Source: Lentisphaeria bacterium (GTDB lineage: Bacteria > Verrucomicrobiota > Lentisphaeria > JABSQK01 > JAWLHB01). Taken from it: DNA of 52,991 nucleotides. Positions 38,531-48,800 of this stretch are shown in pieces. The stretch is taken from contig JAWLHB010000023.1 in NCBI GenBank assembly GCA_041690595.1, positions 62,001 to 114,991 on the forward strand, in the 5' to 3' direction. The notes below the pieces were generated by a model, which saw only the letters and a list, made by a program, of their open reading frames with translations, did not search any database and was not told the origin of the DNA. The position numbers and the translations under genes are program-made. Each line of letters starts with the position of its first letter. The first letter of the stretch is position 1.

Positions 38531-41065
38531 ATGGAGAATGAGCAGCAGGAAACGATTGATTTCAGCGATGCAGAAATAGTGGAACCCGAACCCGGCGAGC
38601 AGGCGACAGACGGCAGCGGCCTGATTCTGGCTTCCGACATGCTGCCGGAAGAGATCTACATCATCACCGGCACCAACAAGCCCGTCTTCCCGGGCATGAT
38701 GTTTCCTCTGGTGCTGGCGCCGGGGACCCTTGCAGACATTGTCAAGGAAACCGCGGGCAAGAAGGATCGTCCGGTCGGCTTCGTGCTTGCGAAAGAGGAT
38801 GTTTCCGAAGCTGAACCCGAGAAGATCATCAAGCACCTGCACAAGATCGGCACGGCGGCGCGGATCGTCGACTTTCAGACCGGGCCCGATGGCGCGGTAC
38901 GAGCGCTGCTGCAGGGGCTCAAGCGCTTCGAGATCCTGAAGCTGGCGGTGCGCGAAGAGAAGATCCTGGCGCGAGTCGTCTACCTGAAGGAGAAACCCGC
39001 GTCGGGAGACAAGGCCAAAGCGCTTGCCCTGTCGATCATGAACACGATGCGGGAGTTGATCAAGAACAACCCCGTCTTTTCCGAAGAGATCAAGACCTTC
39101 CTGTCGCGGAATACCTGGGAGAATCCAGGGCTGCTGGCGGATCTCTCCGTCTCCATAACCTCGGCCACGCGCGACGAGCTGCAGCAGATCCTCGAAACGC
39201 TGGATGTGGAGAAACGTCTGGAAGAGGCCCTCTATCTGCTGCGCAAGGAGCTGGACCTCAACGAGCTGAAGGAGCGGATCACCCATCAGATCGAGGAGCG
39301 CATCTCCAAACAGCAGCGGGACTTCTTCCTGCGCGAACAATTGAAGGCGATCAAGGAAGAACTCGGGCTCGAAAAGGATGACAAGACCAGCGAGATCGAA
39401 GAGTTCCAGGCGCGGCTGGAGAAGCTGACCCTCCCGGCTGAAGCGGCCGGCCGCATCGAGGAGGAGATGGAGAAGCTCCGCGTCCTGCCTCCCCAGTCGC
39501 CCGAGTTTACCGTCGTGCGCAACTACCTCGACTGGCTGACCAAGCTGCCTTGGGGCGTGCTGACCGAAGACAAGCTGGATGTGGCTCGGGCCAGGCGAGT
39601 GCTGGATCGCGATCATCATGGCCTGGAGGATGTCAAGGATCGCATTCTCGAGTTCATCGGGGTCAGCAAGCTGCGCGGCTCCGTCGTCGGATCGATCATC
39701 TGCCTGATCGGTCCGCCCGGCGTCGGCAAGACCTCCCTTGGCCGAGCCATCGCGGAAGCTCTCGGGCGCAAGTTCTTCCGCTTCTCTCTGGGTGGCATGC
39801 GGGACGAGGCGGAGATCAAGGGGCACCGGCGCACCTACATCGGCGCCATGCCCGGCAAGTTTATCCAGACCATGCGCAGCACCGGCTCGCAGAATCCCAT
39901 CATCATGCTCGACGAGGTCGACAAGATCGGTGCCTCCTATCAGGGCGATCCGGCCAGCGCCCTCCTGGAAGTCCTCGACCCCGAACAGAACAACGACTTT
40001 CTCGACCACTACCTCGACGTACGCTTCGACCTGTCGAAGGTGCTCTTCATTGCCACGGCCAACGTGCTGGAAACCATACCGGGACCCCTGCTCGACCGCA
40101 TGGAGGTGATCCGGCTCTCCGGCTATATCGAAGAGGAGAAGCTGGCCATCGCCCGCCGTCACCTCATCCCGCGACTGCTGCCGGATCACGGCCTGACCAA
40201 AGACGACATCCGCTTCACCCCCGGCGGCATCAAGACCATTATCCGTGGCTATGCCCGTGAAGCCGGTGTCCGCGCCCTGGAGAAGGGAATCAAGACCTGC
40301 ATGCGCAAGGTCGCCTCGCAAAAGGCCGAGCACGGCGAGACTCAAATGGTTGTGATCGATGGCGACAAGGCGGAAGAAATGCTGGGCCGGAAACACTTCC
40401 CCGACCAGGTCCTCATGAAGCAGAGTCAGCCGGGGGTGACGACCGGCCTGGCCTGGACTCCTCTCGGCGGCGATGTCCTCTTCATCGAGGCCATGGCCAT
40501 TCCCGGCAAGGAAGGCTTCAAGCAGACTGGTCAGCTGGGCGATGTCATGCAGGAATCGTCGACCATCGCCTTCTCCTATGTCCACTCCAACGCCAAGCGT
40601 TTCGGCGTCGAGCCGGACTACTTCACCAGACATTCCATTCACCTGCATGTCCCGGCGGGAGCCACCAAGAAGGATGGGCCCTCCGCGGGTATCACCATGG
40701 CCCTCGCGCTCATCAGCATGGCTCGCCAGGAGAGCACCCCACAGCGCGTTGCCATGACTGGCGAACTGACACTTATCGGCCAGATCCTGCCTGTGGGCGG
40801 CATCAAGGAAAAGGTCATTGCCGCCAAACGCAGCGGCATCACCGACGTCATCCTTCCGGAAGACAACAGGCAGGACTTCGAGGAGATTCCCGCGCATGTG
40901 CGGGAAGGGCTCTTCCCCCACTATGTCAGCGACTGCCGAGAGGCCTTTACGCTCCTCTTCGAAGGGAAGCTGGATGAAATCCGCCAGGCGCGCAAGTCCG
41001 ATCGCCAGGCCGCCAGAGAGGAAGCTCTTCAAAAGCAGCAATCACGCGGCAAGGCGGCCGGCTGA
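38531..41065 (+). CDS. lon: ATP-dependent Lon protease (endopeptidase La)
   Basis: LON N-domain, GPPGVGKTS, GHRRTYIGAMPG, LDEVDK, KDGPSAG (Ser) and GGIKEK (Lys) dyad. Confidence 0.97.
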   Translation: MENEQQETIDFSDAEIVEPEPGEQATDGSGLILASDMLPEEIYIITGTNKPVFPGMMFPLVLAPGTLADIVKETAGKKDRPVGFVLAKEDVSEAEPEKIIKHLHKIGTAARIVDFQTGPDGAVRALLQGLKRFEILKLAVREEKILARVVYLKEKPASGDKAKALALSIMNTMRELIKNNPVFSEEIKTFLSRNTWENPGLLADLSVSITSATRDELQQILETLDVEKRLEEALYLLRKELDLNELKERITHQIEERISKQQRDFFLREQLKAIKEELGLEKDDKTSEIEEFQARLEKLTLPAEAAGRIEEEMEKLRVLPPQSPEFTVVRNYLDWLTKLPWGVLTEDKLDVARARRVLDRDHHGLEDVKDRILEFIGVSKLRGSVVGSIICLIGPPGVGKTSLGRAIAEALGRKFFRFSLGGMRDEAEIKGHRRTYIGAMPGKFIQTMRSTGSQNPIIMLDEVDKIGASYQGDPASALLEVLDPEQNNDFLDHYLDVRFDLSKVLFIATANVLETIPGPLLDRMEVIRLSGYIEEEKLAIARRHLIPRLLPDHGLTKDDIRFTPGGIKTIIRGYAREAGVRALEKGIKTCMRKVASQKAEHGETQMVVIDGDKAEEMLGRKHFPDQVLMKQSQPGVTTGLAWTPLGGDVLFIEAMAIPGKEGFKQTGQLGDVMQESSTIAFSYVHSNAKRFGVEPDYFTRHSIHLHVPAGATKKDGPSAGITMALALISMARQESTPQRVAMTGELTLIGQILPVGGIKEKVIAAKRSGITDVILPEDNRQDFEEIPAHVREGLFPHYVSDCREAFTLLFEGKLDEIRQARKSDRQAAREEALQKQQSRGKAAG

Positions 41066-41070
41066 AAGCA

Positions 41071-41856
41071 ATGAAGATCCTGCACTACAACATCCTCAAC
41101 GGCTGCCGGAAAGAACCGGAACGACTGGCCCAGCTCGGCGCCTGGCTTCGAACGGAAGCGGCGGATCTCGTCGCCTTCAATGAGTTGAACGGCTGGACGA
41201 GCGAAACCCTGGCGAGTGCCGCCGCTACCTGGGGCTACGACTACGCGCATGTCATGGAGCTTCACAGTCAGCACCATCTGGGCGTGATCGCGCGCGATCC
41301 CTTTCAGATTGTGGCCGAGATCGACGAAGGATTCCATCATGGCCTGCTGGATGTCCGCTGCAGCGGCCTGCGCCTCCTGATCACGCACCTGACGCCAGTC
41401 TCCGCGGTGGATCGTCACCGGGAAGCAGAGCTTCTGGCGGAGCGTGTCGGCGGCATCGCCGGTCCAGCCATACTCATCGGCGACCTCAATACCCTCTCCC
41501 CGCTCGATGCACCGTGGTATGAAACCATCGATGCACGGACGGAGCTGAGCTCGGCGCCGCCACTCCGCCGCAAGTTCCTGAGCCCCGACGATGCGATCGA
41601 CTATGGCCCCATGCAGTGCCTGCTGGACGCGGGACTGATCGATGCCGGCGCTCAGCAACAGGTGCGCCATTCCGTCCCCACGCCCTTCAACAAGGACCCC
41701 ATGCATGCCGTGCTGCTGCGCCTGGACTATGCCCTTGCAAACAGCGCCGCGGCTGGTGGCATTCAGTGGGTATGTATCCGTCACGGCGAAGAGGTGGACA
41801 GCCTTTCGGATCATTATCCGCTGGAGGTGGTCTGGGATTCGCCAGCGGGCAGCTGA
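41071..41856 (+). CDS. Endonuclease/exonuclease/phosphatase family protein
   Basis: ILHYNILNG, DLVAFNE, THL, GDLN, RLDY and SDHYP motifs. Confidence 0.9.
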   Translation: MKILHYNILNGCRKEPERLAQLGAWLRTEAADLVAFNELNGWTSETLASAAATWGYDYAHVMELHSQHHLGVIARDPFQIVAEIDEGFHHGLLDVRCSGLRLLITHLTPVSAVDRHREAELLAERVGGIAGPAILIGDLNTLSPLDAPWYETIDARTELSSAPPLRRKFLSPDDAIDYGPMQCLLDAGLIDAGAQQQVRHSVPTPFNKDPMHAVLLRLDYALANSAAAGGIQWVCIRHGEEVDSLSDHYPLEVVWDSPAGS

Positions 41857-41993
41857 TGTGCATCACTTCCATCATGAGACGAAATTTGGAATGAATTGAT
41901 ATGGAGGTTTCGTAGGTTAATGTATGCACTGGTGAGGCAGAAACAGTCGATTTTTCATTATGAACGACGGATATTCAGGTGCAGGAAAAGGAC

Positions 41994-43436
41994 ATGAGTA
42001 GCGACGGCCCCGGCAACAGGCAGATCGAGAAGATCGCCACGGAGATTCGTGGCTTTGACGAGATCCTGTGCGGCGGCCTCCCGGCGGGCAGGATGACCAT
42101 GATCAATGGCGGGGCCGGGACCGGAAAGACCCTTCTGGCCATGGAGTTTCTCTATCGCCAGGCCCAGAAGGGGAGGCACGGCGTCTTTGTCAGTTTCGAG
42201 GAGCGCGCCGATGACCTGCGACTGAACGCCCAGTCGATGGGCTATGATGTCGCCAGACTGGAAGCCGAAGGCAGCCTTGCGATTGTCCATGCACCGGCCC
42301 CATACCAGGCGCTCAAAGCAGGCGACTTCAACCTCACAGGCATGCTCGCCATACTCGAGGGCCACATGCGGCGCATTAAGGCCAAGCTTCTGGTTCTCGA
42401 TGCCATCGATGTCGTCACTCAGCTCTTTGGCGACGAAGAGCTCGAACGGATTCACCTCCAGGATTTTCTGGCAAAGTTACGCGATCGCGGGCTGACCGTC
42501 CTGCTGACGGTGAAGGCCCTCGCGCCGGGTGTGCGGGAGTACCCCTTCCTGGAGTTCCTGAGCGACTGCGTCATTCTGCTGGACCAGCGCGTCAAGGAGC
42601 AGATCCGCACCCGCCGCCTGCATGTGTTGAAGTACCGGGGATCCAACTTTCTGCCGAATGAGTATCCCTATGTGATTGCGAACCATGGCATGGTGATGCT
42701 GCCGATTTCAACCGTGAAATTGGACGAGCATGTCACCACGGAACGTATCGGCTTCGACATTGAAACCCTCGATGCGATGCTGCAGGGCGGCCTTCTTGCC
42801 GGCAGCGGCATCCTGCTGAGCGGACCGAGTGGATCCGGCAAAACCACCATTGCCTGCGCCTTTGCCCGCGCCGCCTGCAAACCAGACCACAAGGTCCTCT
42901 ACGTCAGCTTTGAACAGGGCGAGGCGGACCTCTGTCAGGCCATGCGCAGCTGTGGATTGAGCCTCGATGACGTCGTCGCCAGCGGAAACCTGCACATTCA
43001 CTCGACCATGCCCGAGTCCAACGGCATCGAAGAGCACCTCGTCCAGATTCTCGACCTGATGGATTCGCTCCATCCACGATGCCTGATTGTCGATGCCGTT
43101 TCCGCCATTGGCCGTATGGGATCGCCCGAACGGGTCACTAGTTTCATCGTGCGCCTTCTGGCCCAATGCCGGCCGCGCAGGATTACCTGTATGCTCACCG
43201 ACCAACGCGGCGGCACGGAAGCCAATGCGCTTCAGGTAAGCGCCACCAATGTCGCCTCCCTTGTCGATGCCTGCATCTGCCTTCTCTTCGTGGATGACAG
43301 ACAGCACATCCAGCGACGGATCTTCATCCTCAAGATGCGAGGCAGCAAGCACAGTCACTACTATCACAGTTTCGACATCTATGACGACGGCATCAGAGTC
43401 AACCGACTGGAAAGCGTCTCACCATCTGAAACCTGA
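41994..43436 (+). CDS. kaiC: KaiC-family double-domain ATPase
   Basis: Two RecA domains: GGAGTGKT/SFEE/KYRGS and GPSGSGKT/SFEQ/KMRGS; adjacent kaiB. Confidence 0.92.
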   Translation: MSSDGPGNRQIEKIATEIRGFDEILCGGLPAGRMTMINGGAGTGKTLLAMEFLYRQAQKGRHGVFVSFEERADDLRLNAQSMGYDVARLEAEGSLAIVHAPAPYQALKAGDFNLTGMLAILEGHMRRIKAKLLVLDAIDVVTQLFGDEELERIHLQDFLAKLRDRGLTVLLTVKALAPGVREYPFLEFLSDCVILLDQRVKEQIRTRRLHVLKYRGSNFLPNEYPYVIANHGMVMLPISTVKLDEHVTTERIGFDIETLDAMLQGGLLAGSGILLSGPSGSGKTTIACAFARAACKPDHKVLYVSFEQGEADLCQAMRSCGLSLDDVVASGNLHIHSTMPESNGIEEHLVQILDLMDSLHPRCLIVDAVSAIGRMGSPERVTSFIVRLLAQCRPRRITCMLTDQRGGTEANALQVSATNVASLVDACICLLFVDDRQHIQRRIFILKMRGSKHSHYYHSFDIYDDGIRVNRLESVSPSET

Positions 43437-43464
43437 GAGCGGCGGCGCCGTTAGTAAAGACACC

Positions 43465-43770
43465 ATGAACAAAGACGAACAACCCAAGTACTCTTTCCTG
43501 TTGTTTGTGGCCAGTGGGGAAGCCAATTCCCTTCTGGCTGAACAGAACCTGCGACGCCTCATCGACGACCATCTTGCCGGCCACAGCGATCTGCAAGTAA
43601 TCGACGTCTTTCAGGAAGTAGATAGCGCGATCAACCACAACATTCTCGTAACTCCTTGCCTGATTGTTCGACGCCCGTTGCCGCAAGTCATGCTCGTCGG
43701 CAACTTGAGCGACAAGAAGCAAGTGCTGACCGCCCTGCGCCTGTCGGCTGGAGGCCCCAGTGAACCCTGA
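43465..43770 (+). CDS. kaiB: KaiB-family protein
   Basis: FLLFVASGEANSLLAEQNL, LQVIDV, ILVTPCL, PLP, VGNLSD; the C-terminal half aligns without gaps to cyanobacterial KaiB. Confidence 0.92.
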   Translation: MNKDEQPKYSFLLFVASGEANSLLAEQNLRRLIDDHLAGHSDLQVIDVFQEVDSAINHNILVTPCLIVRRPLPQVMLVGNLSDKKQVLTALRLSAGGPSEP

Positions 43771-45829
43771 AGAACTGCCGGGAACCGCACCCGAACAGCC
43801 GACCGAAGAGATCCTCAGAGCTCTGAAAGCCGGTGAGATCGACGCGGTGATTGGCCATAGTCAATTGCGGTTGCTGCGCCTCCATGAGGTGGAGCAGGCA
43901 CTGCGACAGAGCGAAGCCCGATACCGGGGCATCGTCGAAGATGCCGCGGAACTGATCTGCCGGTGGAACAGCGACTATAACCTGACTTTCGTCAATCACA
44001 CCTTCTGCGAGTTCTTCGGAGGATCCGTTGCCGATCATATCGGCGCGCCGCTGCTGAACTACCTTGGCAGCTGCGAGCAGGAGAGAGCCGCGGCCCACTT
44101 GCGACTGGTGGCACTCGACCAGCCCCCCGCGTATTTTGACCAGCGTTGTTTTGCGCAAGGCGAGCGGCGCTGGATTGCGTGGACAAGCCGTGCCCTGCCC
44201 AGTCAGGATACGGGATGGGAAGGACAGTCGATCGGCCATGATGTCTCCCAGCGCTGGCGTATGGAAGAAGCGCATGTGGTGCGCGAGGCGCTGCTGACCA
44301 GTGCGGAGCAACAGGCCGGCCTGGGTAGTTGGCAACTGGACCTGAAAACGGGTCAGATAGTTCAGTCTGAGCAACTGATGCGCATGCTTGCGGTGGACGA
44401 GATCATCGGCTGGAAGGAACTGCTGCCATGCATACATGCGGATGATCGTGAAGACTTCCGGAAGGCCGTGACTGCCTGCATGGAGAATGGCGAACCCTAC
44501 GCGGTGGAAGTACGGATACACAGCAACGATGGCCAGTGTCACCGTTGGATGCGCGCTCAGGGCCAGGCTTTCCGAGACAGCGCCAACTCCATCGACCGGG
44601 TTATCGGTACCCTGCTCGACATCCATGACAGCCGCAAAGTCAAACAGTCTCTCGAACGAAGCCGGAAAGAACTGGAGGAGCGGGTACGCGAACGTACCAT
44701 TGAACTCGAATCGCGCGCCGATCAACTGGCTCATCTGGCGGCAGAATTGACCCTGGCCGAACAGCGTGAGCGTGGTCGCCTCTCCGAAATGCTGCACGAC
44801 GACCTGCAGCAGATCCTGGTCAGCGCTGGTTTCCATCTCGATCTGGCATCGCGCAATCCTGGTCTGGATCCGCGGGTGCAGGAGCTGCTCGAACAGACAA
44901 GGGGAATGCTGAACGATGCCGTCTCCAAATCGCGAAACCTGTCGCATGAGCTGGCCCCCCCCACCCTGCGCGAGCGAGGTTTGCTCTCGGCGATTCAATG
45001 GCTGAGCAAGAGGATGGAGGAGAGTCATCACCTGCACATCGACCTCGACCTCGACCGGCGGGCGGAGCCCCAATCGGAAGCGACGCGTGTCCTGCTCTAC
45101 AAGTGTATCCACGAGCTGCTCTTCAACACCGTCAAGCATGCGAACACTCAGCGCGCCCAGGTTACCATGAGCCGGGAAGGAATCGAATTGCGAGTGATCG
45201 TCCGGGACGAAGGCGTCGGCTTCGATGCGCAGGCAGCCATGACTCAGGACGGCGAGGGCGGCTTCGGCCTCTCCAGCATCCATGAACGTATCCGCCTTCT
45301 GGGTGGCTCCTTCTTCGTTGAGAGCCGCATCGGCCACGGTAGCCGCTTCGAACTTCTGGTGCCGGATCGCCATGGAACGGAGACCGTCGCCCAGCTGTAT
45401 CGCAACCAGGAAGAAACCGTCCAGCTTCGCCGCCAGGACTTCAAGCCCGTTGCCGCCACCGAGTTGGTCCATATCCTCCTTGTCGACGATCACAAGGTGA
45501 TGCGGCAGGGGCTGGCAGCACTCCTGGCGGAAGCGGATGGCATGCAGATCGTCGGCGAAGCCGGTAGCGGCGCTGAAGCCATCGTTCGAGCGGGGGAACT
45601 CAAGCCGGAAGTCATCCTGATGGATATTTCGATGCCTGACATGAATGGCATCGAGGCAACAAGAGCCATCAAGCAGCGGTGGCCAGACATCACCGTTATC
45701 GGCTTGTCGATGCATGACGAACCGAGCCTCTATCAGGAGATGAAACGCGCCGGCGCCCACGCCTGCATGAGCAAGGCCTTGGCTTCCGAAGATCTCTTTG
45801 ACGTGATCCACAAGTGTCGCGGTGCATGA
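43760..45829 (+). CDS. Hybrid sensor kinase: 2 PAS + HisKA_3 + HATPase + receiver
   Basis: PAS repeats ([16 protein letters not shown]), [16 protein letters not shown]-box, [30 protein letters not shown]...[12 protein letters not shown]; no TM segments seen. Confidence 0.93.
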   Translation: MNPEELPGTAPEQPTEEILRALKAGEIDAVIGHSQLRLLRLHEVEQALRQSEARYRGIVEDAAELICRWNSDYNLTFVNHTFCEFFGGSVADHIGAPLLNYLGSCEQERAAAHLRLVALDQPPAYFDQRCFAQGERRWIAWTSRALPSQDTGWEGQSIGHDVSQRWRMEEAHVVREALLTSAEQQAGLGSWQLDLKTGQIVQSEQLMRMLAVDEIIGWKELLPCIHADDREDFRKAVTACMENGEPYAVEVRIHSNDGQCHRWMRAQGQAFRDSANSIDRVIGTLLDIHDSRKVKQSLERSRKELEERVRERTIELESRADQLAHLAAELTLAEQRERGRLSEMLHDDLQQILVSAGFHLDLASRNPGLDPRVQELLEQTRGMLNDAVSKSRNLSHELAPPTLRERGLLSAIQWLSKRMEESHHLHIDLDLDRRAEPQSEATRVLLYKCIHELLFNTVKHANTQRAQVTMSREGIELRVIVRDEGVGFDAQAAMTQDGEGGFGLSSIHERIRLLGGSFFVESRIGHGSRFELLVPDRHGTETVAQLYRNQEETVQLRRQDFKPVAATELVHILLVDDHKVMRQGLAALLAEADGMQIVGEAGSGAEAIVRAGELKPEVILMDISMPDMNGIEATRAIKQRWPDITVIGLSMHDEPSLYQEMKRAGAHACMSKALASEDLFDVIHKCRGA

Positions 45830-45876
45830 CCGGCACCACAATACGCAGCCTATACTACCCAGGAAGGGACGCCCTC

Positions 45877-48800
45877 ATGCTACGGAACCTCGCTCTTATT
45901 GTCACACTCTTTGGAATCTTCACCGCCGCGGCCGCCCCCCACGTGGTAACCTTGCGCGATTACCTGGGACGAAACTGGGATGATGAGCTGGTGCATGATC
46001 GGCTCGCCTTTTCTCCAGGTGAACTTTCGGTCCCGAGAGCGGCGGTAACCCTGAAACCGGGCGGAGCGGTGCCCGCGCAGGTCAGCGATGTCGAGTACCA
46101 CGACGATGGGTCGATTGCCGCCATGAAAGTCTGGTTCAAGGTGACACTATTGGCCGGTGCAACAATCGAAGCGACCATTCAGCCCGGTGCCAGCGGACCT
46201 GCCGATTCAACACTTCGCGTGCAGGAAAGCGCGGACCACCTCGAGTTGACGACGCAGAGCAGCGATGGCCGCATCGGCGTGCGGCTTCCCCGAATCGACC
46301 GCACCTGGAATTGGCCAGCTCAAGCGCAAGACGTTGCCGCTCCTCTCGAGGCCGTGCTCGTCCCATCCGGGCGGTGGGTCGGCAAGGGACGCCTTGAAGT
46401 CCCTTTCACCGTCAAGTCCTGTCGCTCCGAAATTCTGGCGAATGGCCCCCTTTTCGCGGAAGCGCGGGTGACCTACACCTTCGACACCGGCTACTGGACC
46501 TTCACCGCACGCCTGATCGATGGCGCCCCCATGGCCATTGTCCGGGAAGAGCTGGATACTGGCTTCAATCATGACCAGGCGTGGGATGAGGTGGATCGTT
46601 ACTTCACCTTTGCCTTCACCGACGGGACCTTCGCGCCAGACCAGGTCTTCTACGGATCGGCGACCAACGATCAACCCCACCTGGAAACACTCCTGAAAGG
46701 TGGGATGCCGGAGATCGTCAAGACCGTCAACATCCGCGGCAACTGGTTTGCATCCACCGTTCGCGGTTACGAACTGAACCTGGACAAACCGGAAGAGCAA
46801 TTCTACTTCAGCGGGTACCAGAGCGTCCTGAATCGGATCGGCGGCGCCATTCGAGTCATGGAGTCAGGAGGGGACGCGATCGGCTTTGCCGCACTGGATA
46901 CCGCCTGGTGGCGCAACGCCATGAGCCTGCGCTTTCGGGTCACCGACGACAGAGAGTTCGTGGTCAGTATGCCGCTCCAAGTCTACAATCAGGAGTGGTC
47001 CGTGGATGGCTACGGTCGCAACAGCCCGAACTATACGGGAAAGACCCAGTTCGTGCCCGAGACCACCGCGCGCCGCACCTATGGCATCATGCTCAGCAAG
47101 GCCGAGAACGAGGTCGAATCGCTCCTCCTTTCGCTGACGACGCAAGGCTCCAAACTTGGGGCGTTTCCGCTGGACAACGTAAAGGAATGGCAATTCGAGA
47201 TCGCCGATCCCATGGCGGATGCCGAGTGGGCCGCGGAAACCCAGACGGAGGCGGCGGAGATCCTGCAGACCATGCGCAACCGCATCGAGCTCCGTCGTCA
47301 GTTGGGTAACCTGGCCGAGTTCTCCATGGGCTACCACTATGGCTATGCGAAGGGGCGCTGGAGCAAGATCAAGGATACTATTGATGACCCCACCAAGCTG
47401 ACGGCGGAGGATCGGGCCGAGATGCGCCGTCTGGCAATCTTCGATGCTTACGATCAGAACAGCATGAACACCTTCCCCTGGGGCACCGGTTTCCACCTGA
47501 ACAACCCCAATATGTCGATCATGGCTCTGGAGGCGCGAGTCAAGTCCAGCCTTCCCGTCAAGGATCACCCCATGTTTGCCGAATGGGGAGAGTGGAGCCT
47601 CGAATTCCTGAAAGATTACATCCGCCGCTTCACCTTCGACTCCGGCGCCCTTTACGAAAACGTCCACTATTCCGTGGGCGTAACCCTTTCGTGGGCCGCA
47701 CAGGTCAACCAGATCCTCATGGACGCCGGCATCGGCGATGGCTTCGATACCGACCTGTTCAAGCGCTCCATGCGCTTTACCCTCGACTGGCTGACGCCCC
47801 CGGATCCGCGCTTTCTCGGCCATCGCGTCGCCATACCCTTCGGCAACTCCTCCTACCAATCCTTCCCGCCCGACTTTGCGAACCAGTTTGTGGGCTACTA
47901 CAAGGATCGTGATCCCGAACTGGCTGGCAAGCTGCAGTGGGCCGCCAACCAGACTCTGCCGGAAGACAAGCAGGTGAGCATCGTCGAAGAGGTCATACCC
48001 AAGCTGGAGAGTGTCCACTACGGCAACTATGGCGTTACCTTCCGCCACGGATTCGGCACTCCGTACGAGACGATGTTCGCGATGCTGGCCGGCGATTGCC
48101 ATGGGCACTATGAATGGGAGCAAGACCAGATGAGCTACACGCTCTATGCCAAGGGGCAGCCCATCAACCTGCACTTCGGTAACGGCTATTTCCCCATGTT
48201 CGGCCGAAGCTGGCTGAGAAATCGCGTCAGCATCGACATGTCCTACGAGAAATCCGAGCGTAATCCAACCCAAGTGATGACCGCCAGCTTCACCCCCGAG
48301 GCCGAGTACCTGCGCGCCTCACGCGGCATCGACATGCTGCGCAAGCTCGAAACCGAGTACCCCCTTCTCAACGCCAAGGGCGCCTGGTCCGACGACGAAA
48401 AGAAGAGCTGGCCCGCGGTGCCCGAATGGACGGAGATCCCGATGACGCTCTGGTACCGCCAGGTGATCTTCATGAAGGATGCCGATCCGCGCGGCCCCAA
48501 CTATTTCGTCATTCGAGACGGCTTCGGCGGCACACCGACCCGGCCCACCGAGGTCTCCTACTGGATGCTCTCCAAAGAAATGCAGCAGGAGGGAGATCTC
48601 TTCCACTTCGAGGGGCAGGCCGACGTCAATATGGATCTCTTCCTGCACACGCCTCAGGGGCAAGCGCCGGAGACCGGCGAGCACAGCCACGTCCAACAGC
48701 CTTATGTCCGCCTCGTGGGCTTCGATCCGGCCTATCACCCCGACGGCAAACTGCAGGAACGGCAGCAACTCATCCGCTGGCGCCAGGAGCCGGGCGACGG

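Noticed and set aside
23786..41041. Very long opposite-strand ORFs (23786-26737, 26635-29010, 33726-36650, 36706-38520, 38504-41041)
   Set aside because: Antisense shadows of well-supported genes, expected in high-GC DNA; no recognisable motifs.
41994..43770. Canonical cyanobacterial circadian clock
   Set aside because: No kaiA in the window, no KaiA-binding tail, and the S431 equivalent is Ala.
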